A stretch of DNA of 63,478 nucleotides, taken from assembly GCA_021736185.1 (NCBI GenBank), contig JAIPGJ010000003.1, forward strand, positions 1-63,478. Direction: 5' to 3'. Every line of letters begins with the position of its first letter. Position 1 is the first letter of the stretch. A program made the translations under genes and the position numbers. A model generated the notes under the pieces. It saw nothing but the letters and a program-made list of their open reading frames with translations. It had not been told where the DNA came from and did not search any database. Shown in pieces: positions 28,200 to 36,748 of the stretch. Source of the stretch: Fidelibacterota bacterium (GTDB lineage: Bacteria > Fidelibacterota > UBA8477 > JABMPR01).

Positions 28200-29135
28200 T
28201 TACATCTCGATCTGAGCTCCAGCAGATTTAGCCAACATGACCATCACCGCCTTTTGAGCATGCATCCGATTTTCAGCTTCGTCAAACACGACCGACTGAG
28301 GTCCGTCGATGACCTCTTCTGTTATTTCTTCACCATAATGAGCGGGTAAACAATGCATCACCAGAGCATCAGATTTTGCGAGGCTCAATAATTCGCTGTT
28401 AATCTGAAAGCCTTGAAAGTCATTCAGCCTTTTCCGTCGTTCATCTTCCTGACCCATGGAAGTCCAGACATCAGTATACAGAACATCAGCATTTCTGGCT
28501 GCTTCAACGGGATCACGAATAACTTCAATCGTGCTGATTCCGGCAGCTTTCGCACGTGCAAGCGTCGTCGGGTCGGGGTCATATCCCTCAGGGGCTGCCA
28601 GGACAAAATGGTAGGGAACCACGGCAGCGAAGTTCAGAAACGAGTTACATACATTATTGCCGTCACCGATAAATACCACTTTTTGTCCTTCTACAGTCCC
28701 TCTGTGTTCATGGATGGTCAACATATCTGCCATAATCTGACAGGGGTGATTATAATCAGTCAGACCGTTGATTACAGGGACGGAGGCATATTGGGCCATT
28801 TCTATCATATGCTCATGCTTGAATAGGCGGGCCATAATCCAATTGCTGTAGCGAGAAATCACTCGGGAAATATCTTTGACGGACTCTCTTGATCCAATGC
28901 TGATATCGTTAGGCCCCAGATAAATGGCATGACCACCAAATTGAACCATTCCAGTTTCAAAGCTTACCCTGGTTCTTAAGGAAGGCTTAGCAAATACCAT
29001 GGACATGGTTTGATTTGCAAAATAATGATGCTCTTTACCAGCCTTTACATCTGCTTTTAACTGTTTTGCTATACGAAAGGTCTCATAAATTTCTTCCTTG
29101 CTAAAATCTGTCACAGCTAAAAAATCTCGCTTCAT
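28200..29135 (-). CDS. argF: Ornithine carbamoyltransferase
   Basis: SD AAGGAGG. Motifs S-x-R-T-R (KPSLRTRVSFE), HPCQ, DVWTSMGQE and HCLPA. Confidence 0.8.
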   Translation of the reverse strand: MKRDFLAVTDFSKEEIYETFRIAKQLKADVKAGKEHHYFANQTMSMVFAKPSLRTRVSFETGMVQFGGHAIYLGPNDISIGSRESVKDISRVISRYSNWIMARLFKHEHMIEMAQYASVPVINGLTDYNHPCQIMADMLTIHEHRGTVEGQKVVFIGDGNNVCNSFLNFAAVVPYHFVLAAPEGYDPDPTTLARAKAAGISTIEVIRDPVEAARNADVLYTDVWTSMGQEDERRKRLNDFQGFQINSELLSLAKSDALVMHCLPAHYGEEITEEVIDGPQSVVFDEAENRMHAQKAVMVMLAKSAGAQIEM

Positions 29136-29159
29136 TCCGCCTCCTTTTCCTCAGTTGAT

Positions 29160-29188
29160 AAAAAAAACTCCGCCTCAAGACGGAGTCC
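29160..29188 (-). terminator. Intrinsic terminator after hslU
   Basis: On the minus strand, stem ACTCCG / CGGAGT is followed by TTTTTTTT. Confidence 0.6.
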
Positions 29189-29234
29189 TTAAATTTAATA
29201 TTGCGATTTGTTCTTGAGTCTTCAATAAATTGCT

Positions 29235-30578
29235 CTACAGTATATACTTACTCAGGTCCTGATCGGCCATGGTATCCTTGAATGTTTTGGTGACCATGGA
29301 TTTGGTGACTTTGATACTTTTTATCTCTGGATTCGGTAAGTCAAAAAGCGTCTCCTCAAGAAGCTTGCTCATGATGGTATGCAATCGTCGGGCACCAATA
29401 TTTTCAACACTCTCATTCACTTCAAAGGCTACCCTGGCGATTTCAGCAATGGCATCCTTGTTAAAAGTTATTTTCACATCCTCAGCTCCAACCATAGCCG
29501 TATACTGCTTTAACAAGGCCGACTTGGGTTGAGTAAGAATTTGGATAAAATCTTCCTCCGTCAAATTCTCAAGTTCTACACGGATGGGAAATCTACCCTG
29601 TAATTCAGGGATGAGATCCGAAGGTTTGGACATATGAAAAGCACCGGCTGCAATAAACAGAATATGGTCGGTAACCAGAGTGCCATATTTCGTTTTTACC
29701 GTGCTCCCCTCTATGATGGGCAGGATATCCCGCTGTACCCCTTCACGAGATACATCGGGTCCACCACCACTCCGTTCACCAGCGATCTTGTCAATCTCAT
29801 CCACAAATACGATACCATCCTGCTCAGCCCGTCGAATGGCCTCATGTTGAACCTTTTCCTCATCGATGAGTTTATCAGATTCTTCGCCAGTGATTAATAC
29901 TCTTGCTTCAGCGACACTCAACCGGCGCATCTTTTTCTTCTTGGGCATGGCATTCCCCAGCATGTCCTGAAGATTCATACTAAGATCATCCATCCCCAGG
30001 GGTCCAAAGACCTGCATCATGGGACTGCTGGCGTCTTCCTGAACCTTGAACTCTACCTGACGATCCTCAAAATCACCGGCCATGAGTTTGTTAAACATTT
30101 TCTCGCGTGTGGTTTGGTAGCGTTGATACTCAGCTGATTCTTTATCGGGATTATTTAATGGCGGTAGCAGCAAGTCCATAATGCGCTCATTGGTCATTTC
30201 AATGGCTTTTTCACGAACGGTGATCTCATGCTCCGACTTCACTATGGTATAACTGTTGTCCACCAGATCGCGAATCATAGAGTCCACGTCGCGACCCACA
30301 TAACCAACTTCTGTAAATTTGGAGGCCTCTACTTTTACAAAGGGGGCCTGTACCAGATTGGAAAGTCTGCGAGCGATCTCGGTCTTCCCAACTCCAGTAG
30401 AACCAATCATGATGATATTGTTGGGCAGAATCTCATCACGAATGTCTTCGGTAACCTGTTGACGTCTCCAGCGATTTCTCAGGGCAATGGCCACGGACTT
30501 TTTGGCACTATCCTGACCAATAATATATTTATCCAGTTCATGGACGATTTGCTTGGGTGTAAGTGAAAATTTACTCAT
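29235..30578 (-). CDS. hslU: ATP-dependent protease ATPase subunit HslU
   Basis: N-terminus LTPKQIVHELDKYIIGQDSAKKSVAIALRNRWRR. Walker A GSTGVGKTEIARRL. 447 aa, directly after hslV. Confidence 0.92.
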   Translation of the reverse strand: MSKFSLTPKQIVHELDKYIIGQDSAKKSVAIALRNRWRRQQVTEDIRDEILPNNIIMIGSTGVGKTEIARRLSNLVQAPFVKVEASKFTEVGYVGRDVDSMIRDLVDNSYTIVKSEHEITVREKAIEMTNERIMDLLLPPLNNPDKESAEYQRYQTTREKMFNKLMAGDFEDRQVEFKVQEDASSPMMQVFGPLGMDDLSMNLQDMLGNAMPKKKKMRRLSVAEARVLITGEESDKLIDEEKVQHEAIRRAEQDGIVFVDEIDKIAGERSGGGPDVSREGVQRDILPIIEGSTVKTKYGTLVTDHILFIAAGAFHMSKPSDLIPELQGRFPIRVELENLTEEDFIQILTQPKSALLKQYTAMVGAEDVKITFNKDAIAEIARVAFEVNESVENIGARRLHTIMSKLLEETLFDLPNPEIKSIKVTKSMVTKTFKDTMADQDLSKYIL

Positions 30579-30593
30579 CTATTTGGTGGTCTC

Positions 30594-31139
30594 TTATTTC
30601 AATTCTAAAACATTGATTCTATTGTTGGTGTAAATACAGATATCTGCAGTGATCTCCAGGGCCATACGTACAATTTCTTTGGGAGATTTCTTGCCGCTGG
30701 CGATGAATGCCCGGGCAGCAGCTGTGGCATAGGGACTGCCTGACCCAATGGACATAACACCATCGTCAGACTCTACCACATCCCCGTTCCCTGATATGAT
30801 GAGCCCATGATCAATATCCATGACCACCAGCATCGCCTCCAGATTGCGAAGCATTTTATCCATACGCCAATCCTTGGCCAGCTCAACAGCTGCGCGAACA
30901 AGATCACCACTAAATTCATCCAGTTTTGCTTCAAACTTTTCAAAGAGAGCAAAGGCATCGGCAGCCGAGCCTGCGAATCCTGCCAGGACATCACCATCAT
31001 AAATAGCACGGACCTTTATTGCTCCATGTTTCATAACGGTATCACCAAAAGTGACTTGACCATCCCCTCCCAGGGCAACTTTTCCGTTGTGTCTAACTCC
31101 CAGTATGGTGGTGGAGTGAAGTGCAGGAAACATGTTCAT
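30594..31139 (-). CDS. hslV: ATP-dependent protease peptidase subunit HslV
   Basis: N-terminal Thr-nucleophile context [23 protein letters not shown]. 181 aa. Confidence 0.92.
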   Translation of the reverse strand: MNMFPALHSTTILGVRHNGKVALGGDGQVTFGDTVMKHGAIKVRAIYDGDVLAGFAGSAADAFALFEKFEAKLDEFSGDLVRAAVELAKDWRMDKMLRNLEAMLVVMDIDHGLIISGNGDVVESDDGVMSIGSGSPYATAAARAFIASGKKSPKEIVRMALEITADICIYTNNRINVLELK

Positions 31140-31242
31140 ATCTGTGCCTCATTTTACTCGTCATGGCTTCATTCATTCTAAAGCCGCTGAATATATATTT
31201 GCTCTCAGGTGCAGCAATCCTTTTTAGATTGGGACCTGCTAT

Positions 31243-31283
31243 AAAAACTAGGGGTGGGCTGCCTTAGCGACAGCCACCCCTAG
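31243..31283 (-). terminator. Intrinsic terminator after hflC
   Basis: A 13-14-bp GC-rich stem, CTAGGGGTGG(G)CTG / CAGCCCACCCCTAG (one bulge), is followed on the minus strand by TTTTTAT. Confidence 0.7.
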
Positions 31284-31321
31284 TTCATGTGTACAGAATG
31301 CTTCCAGTAAGGTTCCGAGGA

Positions 31322-32173
31322 TTATTTCATTTCCTTTAAAAATCTAAAGAATTCTGATTCAGGAGTAAGCACCAGCTTGGTCTTCTCATCAAAGACCTCC
31401 TTGTAGGCTTCCAGCGTTCGAATGAATTCATAAAAATCGGGATCTTGCTGATACGCTGTGGCATAGATTTTAATCGCCTGAGCTTCACCATCTCCGCGAA
31501 CTTCCTGAGCCGCCTTGTAGGCATCGGCCAGAATGATCTCACGATTTTTATCAGTTTCAGCTCTGATTTTGACTGCCTCTTCATCACCTTCAGATCGGAA
31601 TTGTTTGGCCATTCGTTCACGTTCCGCCCGCATTCGATCATAAACAGCCTGCTCATTTTCAGGTGGCAGGTCAGCTCGCTTGATGCGCACATCCACAATT
31701 TCAATCCCGTAATCGGTAGCCGACGCATTGGCATTCTGGGTCACCTTGTGCATCAGCGAATCACGCATGGTGGACACAATTTCACGCATGAGATGAGTAC
31801 CTAATTGAGTCCGTAAACTTGAGTAGATAATATCGTCGAGACGTGACTGGGCCAAGGCCTGCGTACGCATGGTCTGCATGAATTTGAGAGGATCAGATAT
31901 TCTCCACTGAGCATAATTGTCCAGAATGAGATTCTTCTTATCCTGGGTTAATATGGTATTAGGTGCACTATCATATTGCAGCAAACGTTTTTCGAAAACA
32001 GTTGCTGACTGGATGAATGGCAGCTTAAAATTCAAGCCCGGTTCGGTAATATTGCGTACCGGTTTTCCCAACTGAACAATGACAATCTGCTCAGTTTCAT
32101 CCACGATCATGATACCGCCGTATCCAATAAGTAGGACAAGTGCAAGAACGATTATCAGTCCAAGATTTCTCAT
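31322..32173 (-). CDS. hflC: Protease modulator HflC (SPFH/band-7)
   Basis: N-terminal TM helix and SPFH domain. The ATG overlaps the hflK stop (ATGA). Confidence 0.8.
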   Translation of the reverse strand: MRNLGLIIVLALVLLIGYGGIMIVDETEQIVIVQLGKPVRNITEPGLNFKLPFIQSATVFEKRLLQYDSAPNTILTQDKKNLILDNYAQWRISDPLKFMQTMRTQALAQSRLDDIIYSSLRTQLGTHLMREIVSTMRDSLMHKVTQNANASATDYGIEIVDVRIKRADLPPENEQAVYDRMRAERERMAKQFRSEGDEEAVKIRAETDKNREIILADAYKAAQEVRGDGEAQAIKIYATAYQQDPDFYEFIRTLEAYKEVFDEKTKLVLTPESEFFRFLKEMK

Positions 32174-33165
32174 TTCGCACCCCCTTTCACTTTCTCAAGG
32201 CTGAGGACGTTCACCAAACCACCTGCATCCTTGCCGTCAACAATATATTTATCAAGACCTGGTAAAATTTCTTCCATGGTCTCTATATACATACGAGTTC
32301 TGGTAACATCCTTGGCCTGGCGATATTGAAAAAGCATTTGTGTAAAACGAGATGCATCACCCTCGGCTTCCTTGACTCTTTTCTGTTTATAAGCTTCCGC
32401 TTCCTGGAAGGCCTGGGCGGCCTCACCACGGGCTTGAGGGATAATTTCATTCTGATACCCCAGGGCAATGTTCACTTTCTTTTCTTTTTCTTCTTTGGCG
32501 GACTGCACGTCCTTGAATGCGGCGCCAACCTCCTTAGGAGGAGTTACGTCCTGAAGCTTAACCTCAGCGATATAAACACCAGCCTTATAACTGTCCATCA
32601 CCCTTTGTAGCAATTCTTTCGTTTCCGCCTCAATCATGGCTTTCCCAGTGGTCAGTGCTTGATCAATGGGTCGGGAGCCAACAACCTGTCGAATGGATGC
32701 TTCAGCAGCATGGGATACGGCTCCCTCAGGATCTGAGACTCGAAACAGAAATTGCCCCGCATCTTTTATCTTGTACTGCACCACGAGATCCACACTCACA
32801 ATATTTTCATCCCCGGTCAGCATCAGGGCTTCTGAAGGGACATCTTTATACTGTGCAGAATTGGAAGTTCCCCCTGCCCGAATGGTTCGAAATCCAAGTT
32901 CCAGACGTCTTACTTCTTCGACGTTGACCAACTGCACCGTCTGAATGGGCCATGGAAATTTAAATTTTAATCCCGGTTCAGTTATTTGAGAGAGTTTTCC
33001 GAATGTTTTTACAACCCCATTTTGTTCAGGATCTACAACATAAAATGGTCCGGCAAAAATCACCCAGACCAGTAGTAGTAATAAAACTGGATAGATAAAG
33101 GTTTTTATTCCAAAATCAGGAATCACAACCTCACTATCACCAATTACAATACGCTTTCCTGCCAT
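32170..33165 (-). CDS. hflK: Protease modulator HflK (SPFH/band-7)
   Basis: SD AAGGAGAA. TM helix, SPFH domain, and a charged coiled-coil-like C-terminal region. Paired with hflC. Confidence 0.8.
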   Translation of the reverse strand: MAGKRIVIGDSEVVIPDFGIKTFIYPVLLLLLVWVIFAGPFYVVDPEQNGVVKTFGKLSQITEPGLKFKFPWPIQTVQLVNVEEVRRLELGFRTIRAGGTSNSAQYKDVPSEALMLTGDENIVSVDLVVQYKIKDAGQFLFRVSDPEGAVSHAAEASIRQVVGSRPIDQALTTGKAMIEAETKELLQRVMDSYKAGVYIAEVKLQDVTPPKEVGAAFKDVQSAKEEKEKKVNIALGYQNEIIPQARGEAAQAFQEAEAYKQKRVKEAEGDASRFTQMLFQYRQAKDVTRTRMYIETMEEILPGLDKYIVDGKDAGGLVNVLSLEKVKGGAK

Positions 33166-33319
33166 CTTATTCTCCTTTTGTTAAAGCCTTTGAATATAGC
33201 GAACAACTGGTTGAAAGTCAGGTGAATACGAGATTTATATCCATTCTTTTGGGTGATCATGGCGAATCATCCTAATTTCTTATAGGAATCTCTTCAGGGG
33301 CCATTTATTATCACACCTT

Positions 33320-33841
33320 ATGAAACAAATGAGCAAACTTTTTAAAGAGATTTTAATGCTTCTGGGCGTGTCCGCATTGTTGGGCGTTGCCGCCCAGACT
33401 GTGCTACCCAATGGGATTGGTTTGAAAACTGAAATCACCATGCTGGGCACGGATTCGACTGCAGTGGCAATCCCGGCAGTATTAATCAACCCCAACACAG
33501 ATGGTGAATCTGCATCGAACGTCTCTTTGGCGGAAGCCTATTCCCTCTTTGAAGATGGCACGGCTTTGTTCATTGATGCGCGGAGTCCAGATGAATTTCG
33601 GGCTGGTCACATTCAGCAATCCATTAATATACCAGTACAGGCTTTCATGGATTCATTGCTCTATCTGGAGAATCTCGATTTTAACCGTCCCATCATCACC
33701 TATTGCGACGGGGAAGACTGCAATGCCTCCATCGATCTAGCGGCTGACTTAAAAATGATGGGTTTTGTTCATGTGAATTTCTTTTTTGGCGGATGGCAGG
33801 AATGGAGAGATGCAGGATATCCCACTGAGGAAGGTCCATGA
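33320..33841 (+). CDS. Rhodanese-domain protein with an N-terminal signal/anchor
   Basis: Segments FIDARSPDEFRAGHIQQSINIP and the active-site loop ITYCDGEDCNAS. Confidence 0.75.
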   Translation: MKQMSKLFKEILMLLGVSALLGVAAQTVLPNGIGLKTEITMLGTDSTAVAIPAVLINPNTDGESASNVSLAEAYSLFEDGTALFIDARSPDEFRAGHIQQSINIPVQAFMDSLLYLENLDFNRPIITYCDGEDCNASIDLAADLKMMGFVHVNFFFGGWQEWRDAGYPTEEGP

Positions 33842-34317
33842 TGCGGGCTAGTCTCATAATTTTTCTCAAGAGCAAATCAGGGAAATTGTTGTTAAGACTG
33901 ATTCAGATCGGACTGGGCTTATTGTTCGTATATGCCAGCCTTGATAAAATTTGGAATCCCGGCCTGTTTGCAAAATCAATATCCAATTACAGGATTCTAC
34001 CTTTGCCCCTGTTGCACATATCTGCCATCATGCTCCCCTGGATTGAGTTTAGCTGCGGGATGGCCCTCATCCTCAATCGCTATCATCGGGCAGCCAATAT
34101 CATTATCGCTGCTTTACTGGGGATTTTCATTCTGGCCATTGTTTCGGCGATTGCCCGGGGTTTGGATTTTAATTGTGGCTGTTTCAGTGTGGATAGTGGG
34201 GAATCAAATATGGGGATACTGAAAATTCTTCAAAATATGGGATTGCTTCTCAGCTGTGCGCTCATCGAATTCTACACCCGGGCAAATTCAACGATAATCT
34301 TGATAAAGTCAGACTAG
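33838..34317 (+). CDS. MauE/DoxX-family membrane protein
   Basis: The ATG overlaps the rhodanese gene stop (ATGA). Four TM helices and the C-terminal motif LDFNCGCFS, typical of MauE. Confidence 0.65.
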   Translation: MMRASLIIFLKSKSGKLLLRLIQIGLGLLFVYASLDKIWNPGLFAKSISNYRILPLPLLHISAIMLPWIEFSCGMALILNRYHRAANIIIAALLGIFILAIVSAIARGLDFNCGCFSVDSGESNMGILKILQNMGLLLSCALIEFYTRANSTIILIKSD

Positions 34318-34329
34318 GCTAAAGTCAGT

Positions 34330-35193
34330 TTATACCGCTTGCGTTTTCATTTCAACGGGAGCCTCAGCCAGAAGCTCTGCATTTTCCAGATAGCGCTTAA
34401 TATGGTGGGCCAGCATACCGCCATGGTAACCATCCATGATGCGATGATCAAAAGTACCTGTAAGTGGTAAAATTTTACGAATCACAATTTTCCCATCCCT
34501 GACCACAGCCTTATCCTCTTCCTTGCCCATAATCAATACTGCCGGTAGTTTGGATCCAGGGAACAAGGCACCCATTCCAGTGGTCAAACCATGCGAACCT
34601 ATATTGGAGAGCAGGATGGATCCAAAGGCATTATGACCGAGTCCCATGGATTTAATTTGGATACCAAGTGTGTTGGTAATGAATCGGATGAGGAGAACGG
34701 CCATGCGACGGAAAGGCCAGGGAATTTTGGCCATAAAAGATTTATTCTCCATGGTATCATTCTCTGATCCACTGCGAGCATGAGCCACGCGGTTACGAAT
34801 TTCATCAGCGATCTCAAAAACCGTTTTTTTGTGGGCATCATATAGTTTGACGCTGGTCATTTCTTTACCGCCATGCATGTTGACCGCCACGGTCACGATG
34901 ACTTCATCCCTTTTAACAACAGCCCCTCTTTTCACAAAGGCATTCATTTCCGGGATATCCCAGCCAATGGCGCGACCAATGGCACCGGCCACCAGATGAG
35001 TCATCGTTATTCGTCGGCCTTCAGCCCTATTGGCTTTGATCATCTCCCAGGCATCGGTGACATCAATATCCAGCATGCCATAAATTTTGCCCTCGTTGGG
35101 GGCTCCATAAACCGCTGTAGAGATGACTCTCCAGGGACTATTTACTTTTTCCATGCCTCCAAGATAAGGATGAAATAAAAACAACCAATTCAA
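34330..35193 (-). CDS. 2-oxoacid dehydrogenase acyltransferase (E2) catalytic-domain protein with no lipoyl domain
   Basis: Catalytic motif TFDHRIMDGYHGG near the C-terminus. The listed start is TTG at 35193; the ATG at 35154, just after GGAGG, is an alternative. Confidence 0.65.
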   Translation of the reverse strand: MNWLFLFHPYLGGMEKVNSPWRVISTAVYGAPNEGKIYGMLDIDVTDAWEMIKANRAEGRRITMTHLVAGAIGRAIGWDIPEMNAFVKRGAVVKRDEVIVTVAVNMHGGKEMTSVKLYDAHKKTVFEIADEIRNRVAHARSGSENDTMENKSFMAKIPWPFRRMAVLLIRFITNTLGIQIKSMGLGHNAFGSILLSNIGSHGLTTGMGALFPGSKLPAVLIMGKEEDKAVVRDGKIVIRKILPLTGTFDHRIMDGYHGGMLAHHIKRYLENAELLAEAPVEMKTQAV

Positions 35194-35309
35194 AATGGTG
35201 TTTTTTAAAAAGCTGTGAATGCTTGGGAAATTGTTTTGCCCTCGGTAGGGACAAAACTATATTGCCTCGCTTTTAAAGGGTTTCAACTAGAATGATGCCC
35301 AGGCTTCAT

Positions 35310-35382
35310 GGCCGCGTAGCTCAGTTGGTAGAGCAGTTGACTTTTAATCAATTGGTCGTAGGTTCGATTCCTACCGCGGTCA
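35310..35382 (+). tRNA. tRNA-Lys (anticodon UUU)
   Basis: Cloverleaf folded by hand: acceptor GGCCGCG/CGCGGTC, D arm GCTC..GAGC, anticodon arm GTTGA-CTTTTAA-TCAAT, T arm GTAGG-TTCGATT-CCTAC, discriminator A. CCA is not encoded. Confidence 0.9.
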
Positions 35383-35802
35383 CAAACCAATTAATAATTA
35401 AAAAGTAATTAGTAAAAAATCGCTCTTGATAGAAGTTCGACTCTTATTCGCGATTCGTCATCCTGCCCGTCAGGTCGTAATTGTAGTTGAAGACCGGAGG
35501 CTACCCAAGGGAAGCAGGCCCGTCTGTACTTGACAACCTTAGCCCGTCTTCGCGAGCCGACAGGCGTGGCGATCTCCAATTTCTGAACACCGCATGACTC
35601 CCTACCCAATATGGCAGGCGGGCTCCCAGGCATAAACCATACATATAGCGATACAGGTCTATCAGAAAATCTTTGATCTCCATGGGGATTATCCCAAGCC
35701 ACATTAGGGTGAACCCTAGTAGCTTATACCACGTATATTCATACTTTTGCCTCTATATAAGGGTGTTGTATTGCAGCCTTTATCAGATAAGGAGTAAGAA
35801 TC

Positions 35803-36279
35803 ATGAATCGCATCCAACATAAGCAATCGAAACCATATAGTTATAAAATTGAGCTGGTCATAGCAGGCTTAATGATGAGCGGCGTTGCGCTTCTGACTAC
35901 GGATGTACCATTCCATGTTATGATTTTAAAACTTATCCAATTCATCGGCAGCAGCATTGAGGTTATAAAACAAAGTTGCATTTCAATATTTATTAGGCCC
36001 TTGGTCCAGATGGAATTTTCGGATCTGATTGGTTTGATGCTGATCACTAGTTCATTCGGTTTACTATTGCGCCAGATTCGGCAGCGAATCATATCACGCT
36101 CCTTCGAATCCCATAACTGTCCCGTTTGCCACAATAGACTCCATCGGATTCACCGCCACAGATGGCAGCTCATTTTGAGCAAAGCTTTATATCTAAGTTC
36201 AGGTTATTACCAATGTGAGAGTTGCCAACACTCAAGTTTATATTTTTACGAGAAATCACCTCATCTCAATCGAGGGTAG
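35803..36279 (+). CDS. Hypothetical membrane protein with a C-terminal CxxC...CxxC zinc-ribbon
   Basis: SD AAGGAG. Hydrophobic helices. C-terminal segments HNCPVCHNRLHRIHRHRWQ and YYQCESCQHS. Confidence 0.5.
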   Translation: MNRIQHKQSKPYSYKIELVIAGLMMSGVALLTTDVPFHVMILKLIQFIGSSIEVIKQSCISIFIRPLVQMEFSDLIGLMLITSSFGLLLRQIRQRIISRSFESHNCPVCHNRLHRIHRHRWQLILSKALYLSSGYYQCESCQHSSLYFYEKSPHLNRG

Positions 36280-36453
36280 AGCAGGCAAATAATAAGGGGT
36301 CAATTGGATCAGGAGAAATTATTGTTGCCTGTGCTGCCGGCAATAATAAAGGTGCAAAATTCACACGAATGATGTTCATAACTCCGGTTTGAAATTTTAG
36401 CTGTTCGCCAGGTAGAAAATTAAACTTATTTCAATCTAAAGAGAGCGACCTTA

Positions 36454-36669
36454 TTAACTGTGTTCTCGGTCACCCAGGCATTGCTTATGATATTGAATGA
36501 CTTGATTAATTTCCTCATCACTCATGTTATCAACAATGTGAAATTTTTCATTTATAGGCATCCCTCGGTACTTTTGAAGAGGACATTCAGGGAGCGCTGA
36601 GTACAGTGGACATTCAATCATCAATCCTTTTACCCAGATTACCCTGTTTTGTGGTGAAAGTTGTTGCAT
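36454..36669 (-). CDS. Hypothetical 71-aa Cys-containing protein
   Basis: SD-like GGGGGA 5 nt upstream of the ATG. Duplicated E-C-P-L motif (IECPLYSALPECPLQKYR). Lies 79 nt downstream of the TPR regulator gene on the same strand. Confidence 0.45.
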   Translation of the reverse strand: MQQLSPQNRVIWVKGLMIECPLYSALPECPLQKYRGMPINEKFHIVDNMSDEEINQVIQYHKQCLGDREHS

Positions 36670-36748
36670 AAGTATCCCCCTTTTTCATGCCAGAATCCAT
36701 TATGCTTATGACATTAAAAACAAACACTACCCCGACTCGGTCAAAAAT

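Noticed and set aside
28413-28826. Long antisense or shadow ORFs inside confident genes. Examples: 28413-28826 in argF, 30807-31181 in hslV, 62709-63191 in the T9SS protein, 11943-12314 and 14619-14954 in the giant gene, 53913-54287 in GH13, 2778-3134 in nqrF.
   Set aside because: Each lies wholly within a longer ORF on the opposite strand or in another frame, and that longer ORF has clear family motifs. None has an SD or a recognisable motif.
35421-35457. Resemblance of CGCTCTTGATAGAAGTTCGAC...ATTCGCGA to the tmRNA 5' end (GGGGCTGATTCTGGATTCGAC...ATTTGCGA)
   Set aside because: There is no GGGG acceptor start, no matching 3' T arm or ACCA end, and no plausible tag reading frame. The TTCGA element is better explained as a decayed tRNA T-loop.
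35409-35704. Two overlapping minus-strand ORFs (97 and 67 aa) downstream of tRNA-Lys
   Set aside because: They lie in different frames over the same hairpin-rich segment. They have no SD and an Arg/Pro/Gly-rich composition typical of GC-rich non-coding sequence. The region is treated as a candidate RNA or scar instead.
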